28,133 bases of DNA from Atribacterota bacterium (lineage in GTDB: Bacteria > Atribacterota > Phoenicimicrobiia > Phoenicimicrobiales > Stramentimicrobiaceae): contig DAOSRJ010000002.1 of assembly GCA_035376345.1 (NCBI GenBank), positions 1 to 28,133 of the forward strand, in the 5' to 3' direction. Under the pieces are notes generated by a model. The model saw only the letters and a program-made list of their open reading frames with translations. It ran no database searches and was not told where the DNA came from. The position numbers and the translations under genes are program-made. Of the stretch, positions 8,105 to 16,762 are shown piece after piece (the stretch's first letter is position 1; every line of letters starts with the position of its first letter).

Positions 8105-8168
8105 AAATTTACCTTTTTAAATTATTTCGAATTCTTTTTTCTAAACCCTGCAAAAGAGATCTCACGTA

Positions 8169-8197
8169 ATTATAAATTAGTTTAGATCATTTGACAA
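8169..8197 (-). promoter_or_regulatory. Sigma70/sigmaA-type promoter for obgE
   Basis: Minus strand TTGTCA (8197-8192), 17-nt spacer, TATAAT (8174-8169), about 65 nt upstream of the obgE ATG. An AAGGT SD precedes the ATG. Confidence 0.65.
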
Positions 8198-8645
8198 TTG
8201 ATCTTTAACTATTATTACCTTTATTTGGTTTTCCGGCGTGACTGTTTAAACTGAAATAAGATAATAATTCTGTTTACTTTGCTTTACTGATTAACCCAGC
8301 GGATTTTTATCTTGAAAATTATTGAAATAAAGGATAGAGGCTTACCCCCCCCCTGTACCCATGGTAGACCATTAAAGTCTTCAAACTCTCTTCTCATCAA
8401 TATCCTGAAGGGGTAGGAGTGAAAAAACGTATCAGGGTTCCATGTTAAGTTATTGGGTTCATTGGAAAATTAAGGAATAAGACTGGTTCATAGTCTTAAA
8501 ATTTTTTTCCGATAACGAATAAAAAGCAATGCAAAACTTCTTAAATAAAGATTAAGAGTTATATAGAGACAATTACCATAATATATCTGATGTGCACTTA
8601 TTTTGGAGAAGTAAAATAATTGAATATAATACCGTGCGTAATTAA

Positions 8646-8685
8646 ATAAAGGCCCTGGGCTTTCCAGAAAAATCAGGGCCTTTAT
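8646..8685 (-). terminator. Intrinsic terminator of rplU-rpmA
   Basis: Perfect 12-bp inverted repeat ATAAAGGCCCTG / CAGGGCCTTTAT starting 16 nt after the rpmA stop, followed on the minus strand by a U-rich run (UUUAUUUAAUU). Confidence 0.8.
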
Positions 8686-8700
8686 CTTATAGTAAAAAAC

Positions 8701-8967
8701 CTAAACATCTGTAGTTTCAGTATTAATAGAAACTTGCTTTCTTCTTTTTACGGTTGTTCCAAAGGTAACATAGCCATCAACAAGAGCAAATAGTGTATCA
8801 TCTCTGCCCCTACCAACATTCTTACCAGGCAGTATTTTAGTTCCCCTTTGTCTGACAATTATATTTCCGCTTAGCACATACTGTCCATCATATCTTTTTA
8901 CACCCAGCCGCTTTGAAATGCTGTCACGACCATTTTTCGCTGAACCCTGTCCTTTTTTATGAGCCAT
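8701..8967 (-). CDS. rpmA: 50S ribosomal protein L27
   Basis: [26 protein letters not shown]...G-IIVRQRGT; GAGGT SD. Confidence 0.98.
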   Translation of the reverse strand: MAHKKGQGSAKNGRDSISKRLGVKRYDGQYVLSGNIIVRQRGTKILPGKNVGRGRDDTLFALVDGYVTFGTTVKRRKQVSINTETTDV

Positions 8968-9021
8968 AAAACCTCACCTCGCTAACCTGCCAGTCAGGAA
9001 AATTCTATTTATTACTTTTCA

Positions 9022-9333
9022 TCAGCTACTTATCTTTTCAATTTTTATTTCGGTAAACAACTGTCGATGCCCTATTTTCTTTTCATACCTTTTTTTTGGT
9101 TTATATTTCAACACTACAATCTTTTTCCCCTTGCCGTGTCTCACTATTTTACCCTCCACAAAACAATTTTCGAGCAAGGGTTGGCCAAAGCTATATTTGC
9201 CATCTTTCTCCAGCATCAAGACCTGTTCAAATTTGATGTTCTCCCCTTCCTGTTGTTCTAATTTCTCTATCTTGACAACATCCCCTTCTTTAACGAGATA
9301 TTGCTTGCCACCTGTGGCAATTATGGCATACAT
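9022..9333 (-). CDS. rplU: 50S ribosomal protein L21
   Basis: MYAIIATGGKQY-V-EGD...K-KKRY-KK-GHRQ-FT; GGAGG SD. Confidence 0.98.
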   Translation of the reverse strand: MYAIIATGGKQYLVKEGDVVKIEKLEQQEGENIKFEQVLMLEKDGKYSFGQPLLENCFVEGKIVRHGKGKKIVVLKYKPKKRYEKKIGHRQLFTEIKIEKISS

Positions 9334-9361
9334 CCTGTTAATTCCTCCTGCTTAAATAAAT

Positions 9362-9402
9362 CGCCTGGAAAGGCAGCTTAGCTTTAAAACCTTCCCAGTG
9401 CG
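9362..9402 (-). ncRNA. L21-leader-like cis-regulatory RNA stem-loop
   Basis: In the rplU 5' UTR the minus strand reads CGC-A-CUGGGAAGG ... CCUUUCCAG-GCG. This is a 12-bp stem with one bulged A and the GCAC/GGCG flanks I associate with the Rfam L21_leader. No covariance search was run. Confidence 0.6.
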
Positions 9403-9416
9403 TACTTGGCTTATAA

Positions 9417-9445
9417 AATTTAGCACATCAGAGTAGCCCTGTCAA
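9417..9445 (-). promoter_or_regulatory. Sigma70/sigmaA promoter for rplU-rpmA
   Basis: Minus strand TTGACA (9445-9440), 17-nt spacer, TAAATT (9422-9417), with an extended -10 TG at 9425-9424. Confidence 0.75.
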
Positions 9446-9510
9446 ATTATTTTTAAAAGTAGGTTTATTTTCTTTAATATCTATCCGGTATTATAAATTA
9501 TCTTTTGCTC

Positions 9511-11013
9511 TCACATCACCTTTAAAATCTTTTTGATATCCTTCTTCTTTCCAACCGCGATAACCTTTATCTTTTCAATATGAAGATCTGTCAATGCTTT
9601 AATATATATACTCTTCTCATAATCCCGCTCCAACTGTTTTATGAGTAACATCTTTCCTCCAGAAAGTGCTTCTTCCACTTTGTGGTTTACACCTAGCAGG
9701 ATTGCTTCTGCTTTAGAGTTTTTACCTAAATCCTCTAATTTTTGTAATACCAGATTACTAATTGTTTCCGGTGAGAGAATACGTCCATTACCCGAACAAT
9801 AGGGGCAGGCAGTACGTAATAAGGAATCCAGGTCTCTCTTGGAACGCTTTCTGGTCATCTCCACCAAACCTAATTCACTCGTTTGTACAATATTTGATCG
9901 TGTTCTATCTTTTTTTAATTCCCCTTCTAAGGTTTTTATTACCTTCTCCTGATCTTCCTTATTATCCATATCGATAAAATCAATGATAATAATGCCGCCA
10001 ATATCTCTTAACCTTAATTGCCGGGCAATCTCTTCAGCAGCCTGTAGATTAGTTTTCAAAATGGTATTACGCATTTTTTTACCACCCACATATTTTCCCG
10101 TATTCACATCAACAACGGTAAGTGCTTCAACTTCATCAAAAACAAGATAGCCTCCACATTTGAGCCAAACCTTTTTCTCTAAAGCCTTGCTAATTTCTTT
10201 TTCTATATTATAAGCTTCAAATATTGGCTTATCTCCATCATAATACGAAACCCTGGGTTTTAATTCCAATAAAAAAAGCGTATCCAGATAATTAATTATT
10301 TTTTCATATTCTGTTTCAGAATTAACCACAAATTCATCAATTTCTTCAGTAAACAGGTCTCTGATAACCCGATAAGTCAGGCTTAGGTCTTCATGTAGCA
10401 AAAGCGGGGTCTTGACCCGACGGCTTCGCTTCTGTATTTTGTCCCATAAACGGACCAGAAAATCCATATCAGGCAGCAAGTCCTCTTCGCCTTTACCTAT
10501 AGCAGCAGTTCTCACAATAAACCCATAATCATTTTTCCTGATGTTTTGAACTATTTTTTTGAGTTTCTCCCTTTCTTCTTCCTGTGCAATTCTTCTAGAA
10601 ACCGCAACAGTATTATTATTGGGCATTAAAACCAGATAGCGACCTGGTAAACTTATATTGGTGGTAACCTTTGCTCCCTTAGGTATAATGGCTTCCTTAA
10701 CTACCTGCACATCAATCTCCTGCCCTACTTTAATTAATTTATTGACATCAGTGTTCTTGCCATCCTTGCGGCCAAAGGCTTGCAGAACATCATTTAAGTG
10801 TAAAAAGGCATTTCTATCGATACCTATGTCAATAAATGCAGCCTCTATTCCCGGCAAAACATTCATAACCCTTCCTTTATAAATATTGCCAATGATTTTT
10901 TTATCTTCCAATCTTTCAATGTAGATCTCTACTAATTTATTATTCTCTAAGATAGCAATCCTTTCTTCGCTCAAACCGCTATCAATTATTACTTGTTTAG
11001 CTCTATACTCCAT
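9511..11013 (-). CDS. rng: Rne/Rng family ribonuclease (RNase G)
   Basis: GNIYKGRV-NVLPG-EAAFIDIG (S1 domain); TVVDVNTG and GGIIIIDFIDM catalytic motifs; CPYC Zn-link; 500 aa with no long C-terminal scaffold. Confidence 0.93.
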   Translation of the reverse strand: MEYRAKQVIIDSGLSEERIAILENNKLVEIYIERLEDKKIIGNIYKGRVMNVLPGIEAAFIDIGIDRNAFLHLNDVLQAFGRKDGKNTDVNKLIKVGQEIDVQVVKEAIIPKGAKVTTNISLPGRYLVLMPNNNTVAVSRRIAQEEEREKLKKIVQNIRKNDYGFIVRTAAIGKGEEDLLPDMDFLVRLWDKIQKRSRRVKTPLLLHEDLSLTYRVIRDLFTEEIDEFVVNSETEYEKIINYLDTLFLLELKPRVSYYDGDKPIFEAYNIEKEISKALEKKVWLKCGGYLVFDEVEALTVVDVNTGKYVGGKKMRNTILKTNLQAAEEIARQLRLRDIGGIIIIDFIDMDNKEDQEKVIKTLEGELKKDRTRSNIVQTSELGLVEMTRKRSKRDLDSLLRTACPYCSGNGRILSPETISNLVLQKLEDLGKNSKAEAILLGVNHKVEEALSGGKMLLIKQLERDYEKSIYIKALTDLHIEKIKVIAVGKKKDIKKILKVM

Positions 11014-11133
11014 ATCCAGGAGCCACCTTCCTCTTAGTTCTTGGTTGTATAACCTGTTAAATCAATTAATATTTTTATTTACAAATTACTTCTTATGGGA
11101 TTCCATAGAATTATTGTATAACACAATTCTTAA

Positions 11134-11832
11134 TTATGCAGTAGAATCTATTAAGAATTTCTCCCTTACTATTTTTTCTATAATAACAGATTCCTCGAGA
11201 CCGGTCAGTAATTTGCCAATAATTAAACGGGGATTTAGAGATCTCCCCTGTTCCATACTGAGTATTAAACGGATAATTAACCGGCTATCGCTTCTGCATA
11301 TAATATTTATTTCCTGAATAAAGGGACGTAAATCTAATTCTGTTATCCCTTTTTTTGTTTTTGCGGCTATTATAATTTCTTTTTGCTTCAACAAATCATT
11401 AATAAATAGTTCTATCCTATCCTGAATAGCTCTTTTCTTACTTTTTAGGATAGTGTTCTGAAATCTCAAATAAACTAAATAGGAAAAACCCTTTAATAGT
11501 TTACCCAAAGAGATTTTTTCCTTTTGTGAAAATATCGGTTTTACCTCTATTACTTTAAAGCCAGAGGGGGCAGCCTTGTTAATTTTATCTATTAATACCT
11601 CACTGATTAATGGTTCAATTAGGGATAATTCCATTATTTCCTGCCATCCCTCCAGACCAAGGGGTAAAGCGGGACCAAAGGAAACCTTCATTCTGGGATT
11701 AAATCCCTCGGACAATTCTACCGGTATCTCTGCCCGTAATAGCACCCTCCGCCATAAAGAGTTTAGATCCAGATGAGAGATGAACCTCAAAGAACCATTC
11801 TTTTTGTATTTTATGCGATATAGATAGGACAT
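11134..11832 (-). CDS. TIGR03936 radical SAM-associated protein (DUF2344)
   Basis: YRIKY-K-G--RFISHLD...S-GFNP--KVSFGPALPLG; C-terminal K-KKG--E-DLRPFI; canonical position between the TIGR03960 gene and rng. Confidence 0.88.
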   Translation of the reverse strand: MSYLYRIKYKKNGSLRFISHLDLNSLWRRVLLRAEIPVELSEGFNPRMKVSFGPALPLGLEGWQEIMELSLIEPLISEVLIDKINKAAPSGFKVIEVKPIFSQKEKISLGKLLKGFSYLVYLRFQNTILKSKKRAIQDRIELFINDLLKQKEIIIAAKTKKGITELDLRPFIQEINIICRSDSRLIIRLILSMEQGRSLNPRLIIGKLLTGLEESVIIEKIVREKFLIDSTA

Positions 11833-11868
11833 AAATACACATTTCTTTCAATTTACACTGGTGAAATT

Positions 11869-13752
11869 CTATATTTTTTCATTACCTGAAAACCCTGTAT
11901 CGGCACATACGCTTTCCAAACCACAGCCCTGACATTTTATCAAACGACAATCATCGGTACTAATTCCCTGTAAAGCTTTCTCCCATTCTCTCCACAGATA
12001 TTGCCTTTCCACACCACAATCTATCAAATCCCAGGGCATAATTTCATCTTTTTCTCTTTCGCGGTGGGCATAGAAAGACATAGTTAGATTATGTTTTTGA
12101 AAAGATTCCTGCCAGCTCTCGAAATTAAAATAATCCTGCCAGGAATCAAATTTGCATCCCTTGCGAAAAGCCTCCTCTATTACATCTCCTAATCGCCTAT
12201 CGCCACGGGAAAAAACAGCCTCCAGTAAGAGTAGCCTGGTATCAGGAAAACGACAGGAAACATTTCTACTTCTTACAGCCTTAACAATATGATTAAACTT
12301 TTTTAACAGCTGATCTTCTTTTTCCTGAGCAACCCATTGAAATGGGGTATGGGGCTTGGGCACCAATGCATTGATGCTTACATTTAACAAAAATTTTTTC
12401 CCTGCTCTTTCCCTCCCCATTATTTCTACTTTTTTTATCAGCTTAACAATATCTTCAATATCATCCCAGGTTTCACAAGGTAGCCCTATCATAAAATAAA
12501 GCTTCATCCTCCTCCAGCCCATTTCTAGGGCATTTTGCACAGTCTTATATAAATCCTGGGCATTAACGTTTTTATTGATTATTTTGCTCATACGTTCAGA
12601 CCCTACCTCGGGTGCAAAAGTTAAACCTGTTTTCCTTACCCTCTGAGTCTGTTCAGCCAAAAATAAGGAAAAGCTATCTATTCTTAAGGATGGTAAAGAG
12701 ATTCCAACTCCCTTTTTTTGATAACGGTCTACCAATATTTTTGTTATCTCATCTATATGGCTATAATCACTGGAACTTAAGGAAGAGAGGGAGATTTCTT
12801 CATATCCGGTCTGTCGAATACTCTTTTCCGCTAATTCTAGCAAGCAATCTACTGAACGTTCTCTCACCGGCCTATAGATAATACCAGCCTGACAAAATCG
12901 GCAGCCACGGGTACAACCCCGAAATATTTCTAAAGTAATCCTATTATGTATGATATCAATATTGGGCACTATAGGCATAATGGGAAAAGGAGCTTGATCC
13001 AGGTTTTTCACAATTCCTTTTTTTATCCTTAAAGGGGCTTCTGGTACAGTCTTCTGGTATGATTTTACCTTGCCGCTCATATGATATTCTACCTGATAAA
13101 AACTGGGGATATAAATGCCAGTATTGATCTGCAGCAATTTTTTAAAAAGTTTCTGTTTACCATTTCTTTCTTTTTTGGTGGACCATTCTTTGTAAACATC
13201 GATAATTTCATTAATAATTTCTTCCCCGTCACCTATCACAAATAAATCTATAAATTCAGCTAAAGGTTCTGGGTTAAAGGCAGTGGGTCCTCCGGCAATT
13301 ATTAAAGGTCTGGCTGAGTCTCTATCGCTAGCCCGTAAAGGTATTTTCCCCAAATTGAGTATATTCAAAACATTGGTATAGCTCAATTCATACTGCAGGC
13401 TAAAACCGATAATATCAAACTCATCTAAAGGTCTGAAACTTTCCAGAGAAAATAGAGTAATTCCTTCATTTCGTAAATAGTTTTCCAGATCGGCTGCAGG
13501 AGCGTAAACCCTTTCTGCCCACGAATCATCTCTTCTGTTTATAATATCATAGAGAATTTTAAGCCCTAAATGACTCATTCCTATTTCATATAAATCAGGA
13601 AAAACCAGTGCAATTTTAATCAGTTTTTCATCGTTTTTTTTAATGATCTCATTATACTCTTTTCCCGTATAACGACCCGGCTTTTCTACCTTTTCTAATA
13701 TTCTATATATAGCTTCCTTATTTGACTTTCTTTTTACTTGCTCTCTATTTAT
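11869..13752 (-). CDS. TIGR03960 family B12-binding radical SAM protein (start extended upstream of the ORF-track call)
   Basis: CTRGCRFC motif; GFSLQYEL-YTN; AGGP--FNPEP; C-terminal C--C--CG. The frame stays open 58 codons upstream of ATG 13578 and encodes the family N-terminus KVEKPGRY-G-E-N...ALVFPDLYEIGMSHLG. The exact start is uncertain (ATA at 13752 or 13710). Confidence 0.85.
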   Translation of the reverse strand: MNREQVKRKSNKEAIYRILEKVEKPGRYTGKEYNEIIKKNDEKLIKIALVFPDLYEIGMSHLGLKILYDIINRRDDSWAERVYAPAADLENYLRNEGITLFSLESFRPLDEFDIIGFSLQYELSYTNVLNILNLGKIPLRASDRDSARPLIIAGGPTAFNPEPLAEFIDLFVIGDGEEIINEIIDVYKEWSTKKERNGKQKLFKKLLQINTGIYIPSFYQVEYHMSGKVKSYQKTVPEAPLRIKKGIVKNLDQAPFPIMPIVPNIDIIHNRITLEIFRGCTRGCRFCQAGIIYRPVRERSVDCLLELAEKSIRQTGYEEISLSSLSSSDYSHIDEITKILVDRYQKKGVGISLPSLRIDSFSLFLAEQTQRVRKTGLTFAPEVGSERMSKIINKNVNAQDLYKTVQNALEMGWRRMKLYFMIGLPCETWDDIEDIVKLIKKVEIMGRERAGKKFLLNVSINALVPKPHTPFQWVAQEKEDQLLKKFNHIVKAVRSRNVSCRFPDTRLLLLEAVFSRGDRRLGDVIEEAFRKGCKFDSWQDYFNFESWQESFQKHNLTMSFYAHREREKDEIMPWDLIDCGVERQYLWREWEKALQGISTDDCRLIKCQGCGLESVCADTGFSGNEKI

Positions 13753-13779
13753 ATAAATACCTCTCTTTAATTAACAGAA

Positions 13780-14931
13780 TTAAACAAATATACTTCTTAC
13801 ATGAATATTTAGCAATAGACCTATACCAATAAAGTTGGAAACCATAAAGGTCCCACCATAGCTAATAAAAGGCAAGGGCAATCCTGTTGCCGGCATCAGC
13901 CCCATAGACATACCAATATTAATAAAAATCTGAACAAACAGAAAAGAAGTAACGCCAGCAGCAAGAAAGGAACCAAATAAATCTGGTGCTTCCTGGGCAA
14001 TTCTAATACCTTTCCATAAGAGCAGTATAAAGAATGTTAATAGTAGCAAAGCGCCAATAAATCCTAACTCCTCCCCTAAAACAGCAAAGACAAAATCGGT
14101 ATGCTGGGAGGGTAAAAATTTTAGTTGACTCTGAATTCCACTAAATAATCCTTTACCTAAAAAACCACCAGAGCCAATGGCAACTTTTGATTGAATAATA
14201 TTGTAACCGGCACCCAGAGGATCCCTTTCGGGATTTAAAAAAAGTATCAGTCTATTTCTTTGGTAATCCTTAAGTAAGGACCAGGTAATAGGAAATAAAG
14301 ATAAAATTGTTAAAAAAACAATTATGATATACTGCCATCTGATTCCCGCAATAAAAACTATGAGCAAGGTTATGGCAAAAAAGACTATAGCGGTACCTAA
14401 ATCAGGTTGTTTATAGCTTAATAACATTAAAATTCCGGCAAACAGTAGTGGTAGAGAAAAATATACAAAATCGGGTAACTTATCCTTTTGCCGGCTTAAA
14501 AAATCTGATAAAAAGATAATCAGGGCAATTTTGGCAAACTCTGCAGGTTGAAACTCCTGTCCCGCTAATTGAATCCAGCGCCTTGCTCCGCCGATTTCTT
14601 TTCCAAAATAAATTACATAGATTAATAGTATTATGGACAGGATATAACCAGGAATAGCTATTTTGGCAACTTCATGGTAGTCAATCATAGTTATCAAAAA
14701 ACAGATTAGTAAGCTAGACAGGATTGAAATTAATTGCCTTTTAGCAAATTGTGTGGTTCCATCAGCCATAATTTCCTGATGTGTACTGCTGTAAATAATC
14801 AACAGACCTAAAATACAGAGGCCTAAAGCTAAAAAAACTATACTATAATCAATATGTTTTACCAAACGAAAATAGCGATTAAAAAATGACTTACCTGATA
14901 TCAACCGCGACGAATTTATATTATTTGACAT
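13780..14931 (-). CDS. rodA: Rod shape-determining protein RodA (SEDS transglycosylase)
   Basis: GARRWI...FQPAEFAKI; QPDLGT; YQ-NR...DPLGAGYNI-QS--AIGSGG--GKG; LP-QHTDF-F----EELGF; TG-PLPFISYGG. Confidence 0.95.
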   Translation of the reverse strand: MSNNINSSRLISGKSFFNRYFRLVKHIDYSIVFLALGLCILGLLIIYSSTHQEIMADGTTQFAKRQLISILSSLLICFLITMIDYHEVAKIAIPGYILSIILLIYVIYFGKEIGGARRWIQLAGQEFQPAEFAKIALIIFLSDFLSRQKDKLPDFVYFSLPLLFAGILMLLSYKQPDLGTAIVFFAITLLIVFIAGIRWQYIIIVFLTILSLFPITWSLLKDYQRNRLILFLNPERDPLGAGYNIIQSKVAIGSGGFLGKGLFSGIQSQLKFLPSQHTDFVFAVLGEELGFIGALLLLTFFILLLWKGIRIAQEAPDLFGSFLAAGVTSFLFVQIFINIGMSMGLMPATGLPLPFISYGGTFMVSNFIGIGLLLNIHVRSIFV

Positions 14932-14961
14932 TATAACCTCATTTGATCTGTTTAAATAATT

Positions 14962-16752
14962 TCAACCTTTCACTATTTGCAAATATTTAAGTTGAAAATA
15001 TTTTCGTATAATATTGCCAGCAATTGGAGCCGCGGTAGCACTTCCGTCTCCCCCATGTTCAATAAATACGGTTATACAAACTTCAGGATGTTCAAAAGGG
15101 GCAAATCCAATAAACCAAGCATGATTTTCCCCTTGTGGATTTTGAGCCGTACCGGTTTTACCAGCAATTTTCATTTCTTCAATATTTGCTAAATAGCCAG
15201 TTCCACTTTCCACTACCCTTCTCATACCTTCTTTAATAATTCTGAAGGTATCTTTAGCCACGTCTATCTCTTTTACTATTTCCGGTTCAAATTGTTCCAT
15301 TATTTCTCCTGAGGGAGAAACAATCCTCTCCACATAGTAGGGCTTATAATAACATCCATCATTAACAATTAAGCAGAGCATATTATGAACTTGTAGAGGT
15401 GTAACCAGTAAAAACCCTTGTCCGATAGACATGTTAACAGAATCTCCAGGATACCAGGACTGATTAAAGGTTTTCCTTTTCCATTCCTGGGAAGGCACTA
15501 ACCCTACCTGCTCTGCTGGTAAACTAATTCCTGTACTTTCACCAAACCCCATCAATTTTGCATAATGGCTTAATCTATCAATTCCCAACCTATGCCCCAT
15601 AGTATAGAAAAATACATTGCAGGAATTTGCAATAGCATCAACTATAGCTCTACTTCCATGCCCGGTTTCCTTCCAGCATCTGAATGTTACATCTCCAACC
15701 TTGTAATACCCTGGACAGTAAACGCTACTATTTATATCTATGATTCCTTCCTCCAGGGCCGCAATGGCAGTTACAAGCTTAAAAACAGAACCGGGTGGAT
15801 AAACGCTTTGGATAGTGCGATTGCATAAAATATTATCTTTATTTTGGGCAATTTCCTGCCACTGTTTTAAGGTAATCTGCTGGGTAAATATATTGGGGTC
15901 ATAATCTGGATAGCTAACCATAGCTAATATCTTACCAGTATGTGGCTCGCTCAGGATTATGGCACCCTTTTTCCCGTTCATCTGCTCTTCAATAAACCTT
16001 TGTAGCTCACTATTTAGTGTTAAATAAATATCGTTTCCGGCTACTGGCTTCTGTGATTTAAGGATAGTAACTTCCCGGCCAAGGGCATCTATTTCTACCT
16101 CTTTTCTCCCTTTTTCACCTCTCAAAAAAGAATCATAATAACGTTCCAGCCCTGATTTTCCAACCATATCACCACCGATTAAATTATCAAAAGTGGTAGA
16201 CTTCAGTTCTTCTTCACTAACTTCATTAACATAGCCCAGAAGATGTGCAGCAAAATTATGATAAAGATATTTCCTTTCTGGCTGCACTGTTAAGAGGGTA
16301 CCTTTAAATTTATATTTCTGTTCTTCAATAGCTACTATCTTATCTTTTTCCAAATCTCTTTTTATGGTAAGTGCCTGAAAGGGATTTTGTTTAAGATTCT
16401 TTAGTTTGCTAAGAAAGCTGGCGGAATCGATGGGAATAATTGAACTAAGGTCATCGGTCAGAGTTTGATAATTACTTATTTCAGCCGGTATTACCGAAAA
16501 ATTTACAGCTGGCCGGTTAGTAACCAGTATATTGCCCTGCTGGTCATATATTTCTCCTCTGGGAGCCTCTTCCACCAAAGCTCTGATACAATTATTAATA
16601 GCTCTTTGTTCAAACTCTTTTCCCCTGATTATCTGTAAATACCAGAGATTTAATAATATAATGACGAAACAAAGGGTTATTAAAATAAAAAAATCATTTA
16701 ACCTTTTTTTGATTATTTCTTTGCTTTTTTTCTTGTTTTTTTGGCTAAACAT
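14962..16752 (-). CDS. mrdA: Penicillin-binding protein 2 (class B)
   Basis: N-terminal TM and LWYLQII-G; APRG-IYD; transpeptidase motifs SVFK (SxxK), SCN (SxN), KTG. Confidence 0.95.
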   Translation of the reverse strand: MFSQKNKKKSKEIIKKRLNDFFILITLCFVIILLNLWYLQIIRGKEFEQRAINNCIRALVEEAPRGEIYDQQGNILVTNRPAVNFSVIPAEISNYQTLTDDLSSIIPIDSASFLSKLKNLKQNPFQALTIKRDLEKDKIVAIEEQKYKFKGTLLTVQPERKYLYHNFAAHLLGYVNEVSEEELKSTTFDNLIGGDMVGKSGLERYYDSFLRGEKGRKEVEIDALGREVTILKSQKPVAGNDIYLTLNSELQRFIEEQMNGKKGAIILSEPHTGKILAMVSYPDYDPNIFTQQITLKQWQEIAQNKDNILCNRTIQSVYPPGSVFKLVTAIAALEEGIIDINSSVYCPGYYKVGDVTFRCWKETGHGSRAIVDAIANSCNVFFYTMGHRLGIDRLSHYAKLMGFGESTGISLPAEQVGLVPSQEWKRKTFNQSWYPGDSVNMSIGQGFLLVTPLQVHNMLCLIVNDGCYYKPYYVERIVSPSGEIMEQFEPEIVKEIDVAKDTFRIIKEGMRRVVESGTGYLANIEEMKIAGKTGTAQNPQGENHAWFIGFAPFEHPEVCITVFIEHGGDGSATAAPIAGNIIRKYFQLKYLQIVKG

Positions 16753-16762
16753 AACTTATGAT

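Noticed and set aside
13576-13578. ORF-track start (MSHLG) for the radical SAM gene
   Set aside because: It falls in the middle of the conserved FPDxYEIGMSHLG motif, and the open frame upstream encodes the family N-terminus.
13634-13641. A8/T8 runs in coding regions as programmed frameshift or phase-variation sites
   Set aside because: Such runs are frequent throughout this AT-rich window, and the reading frames through them are intact.
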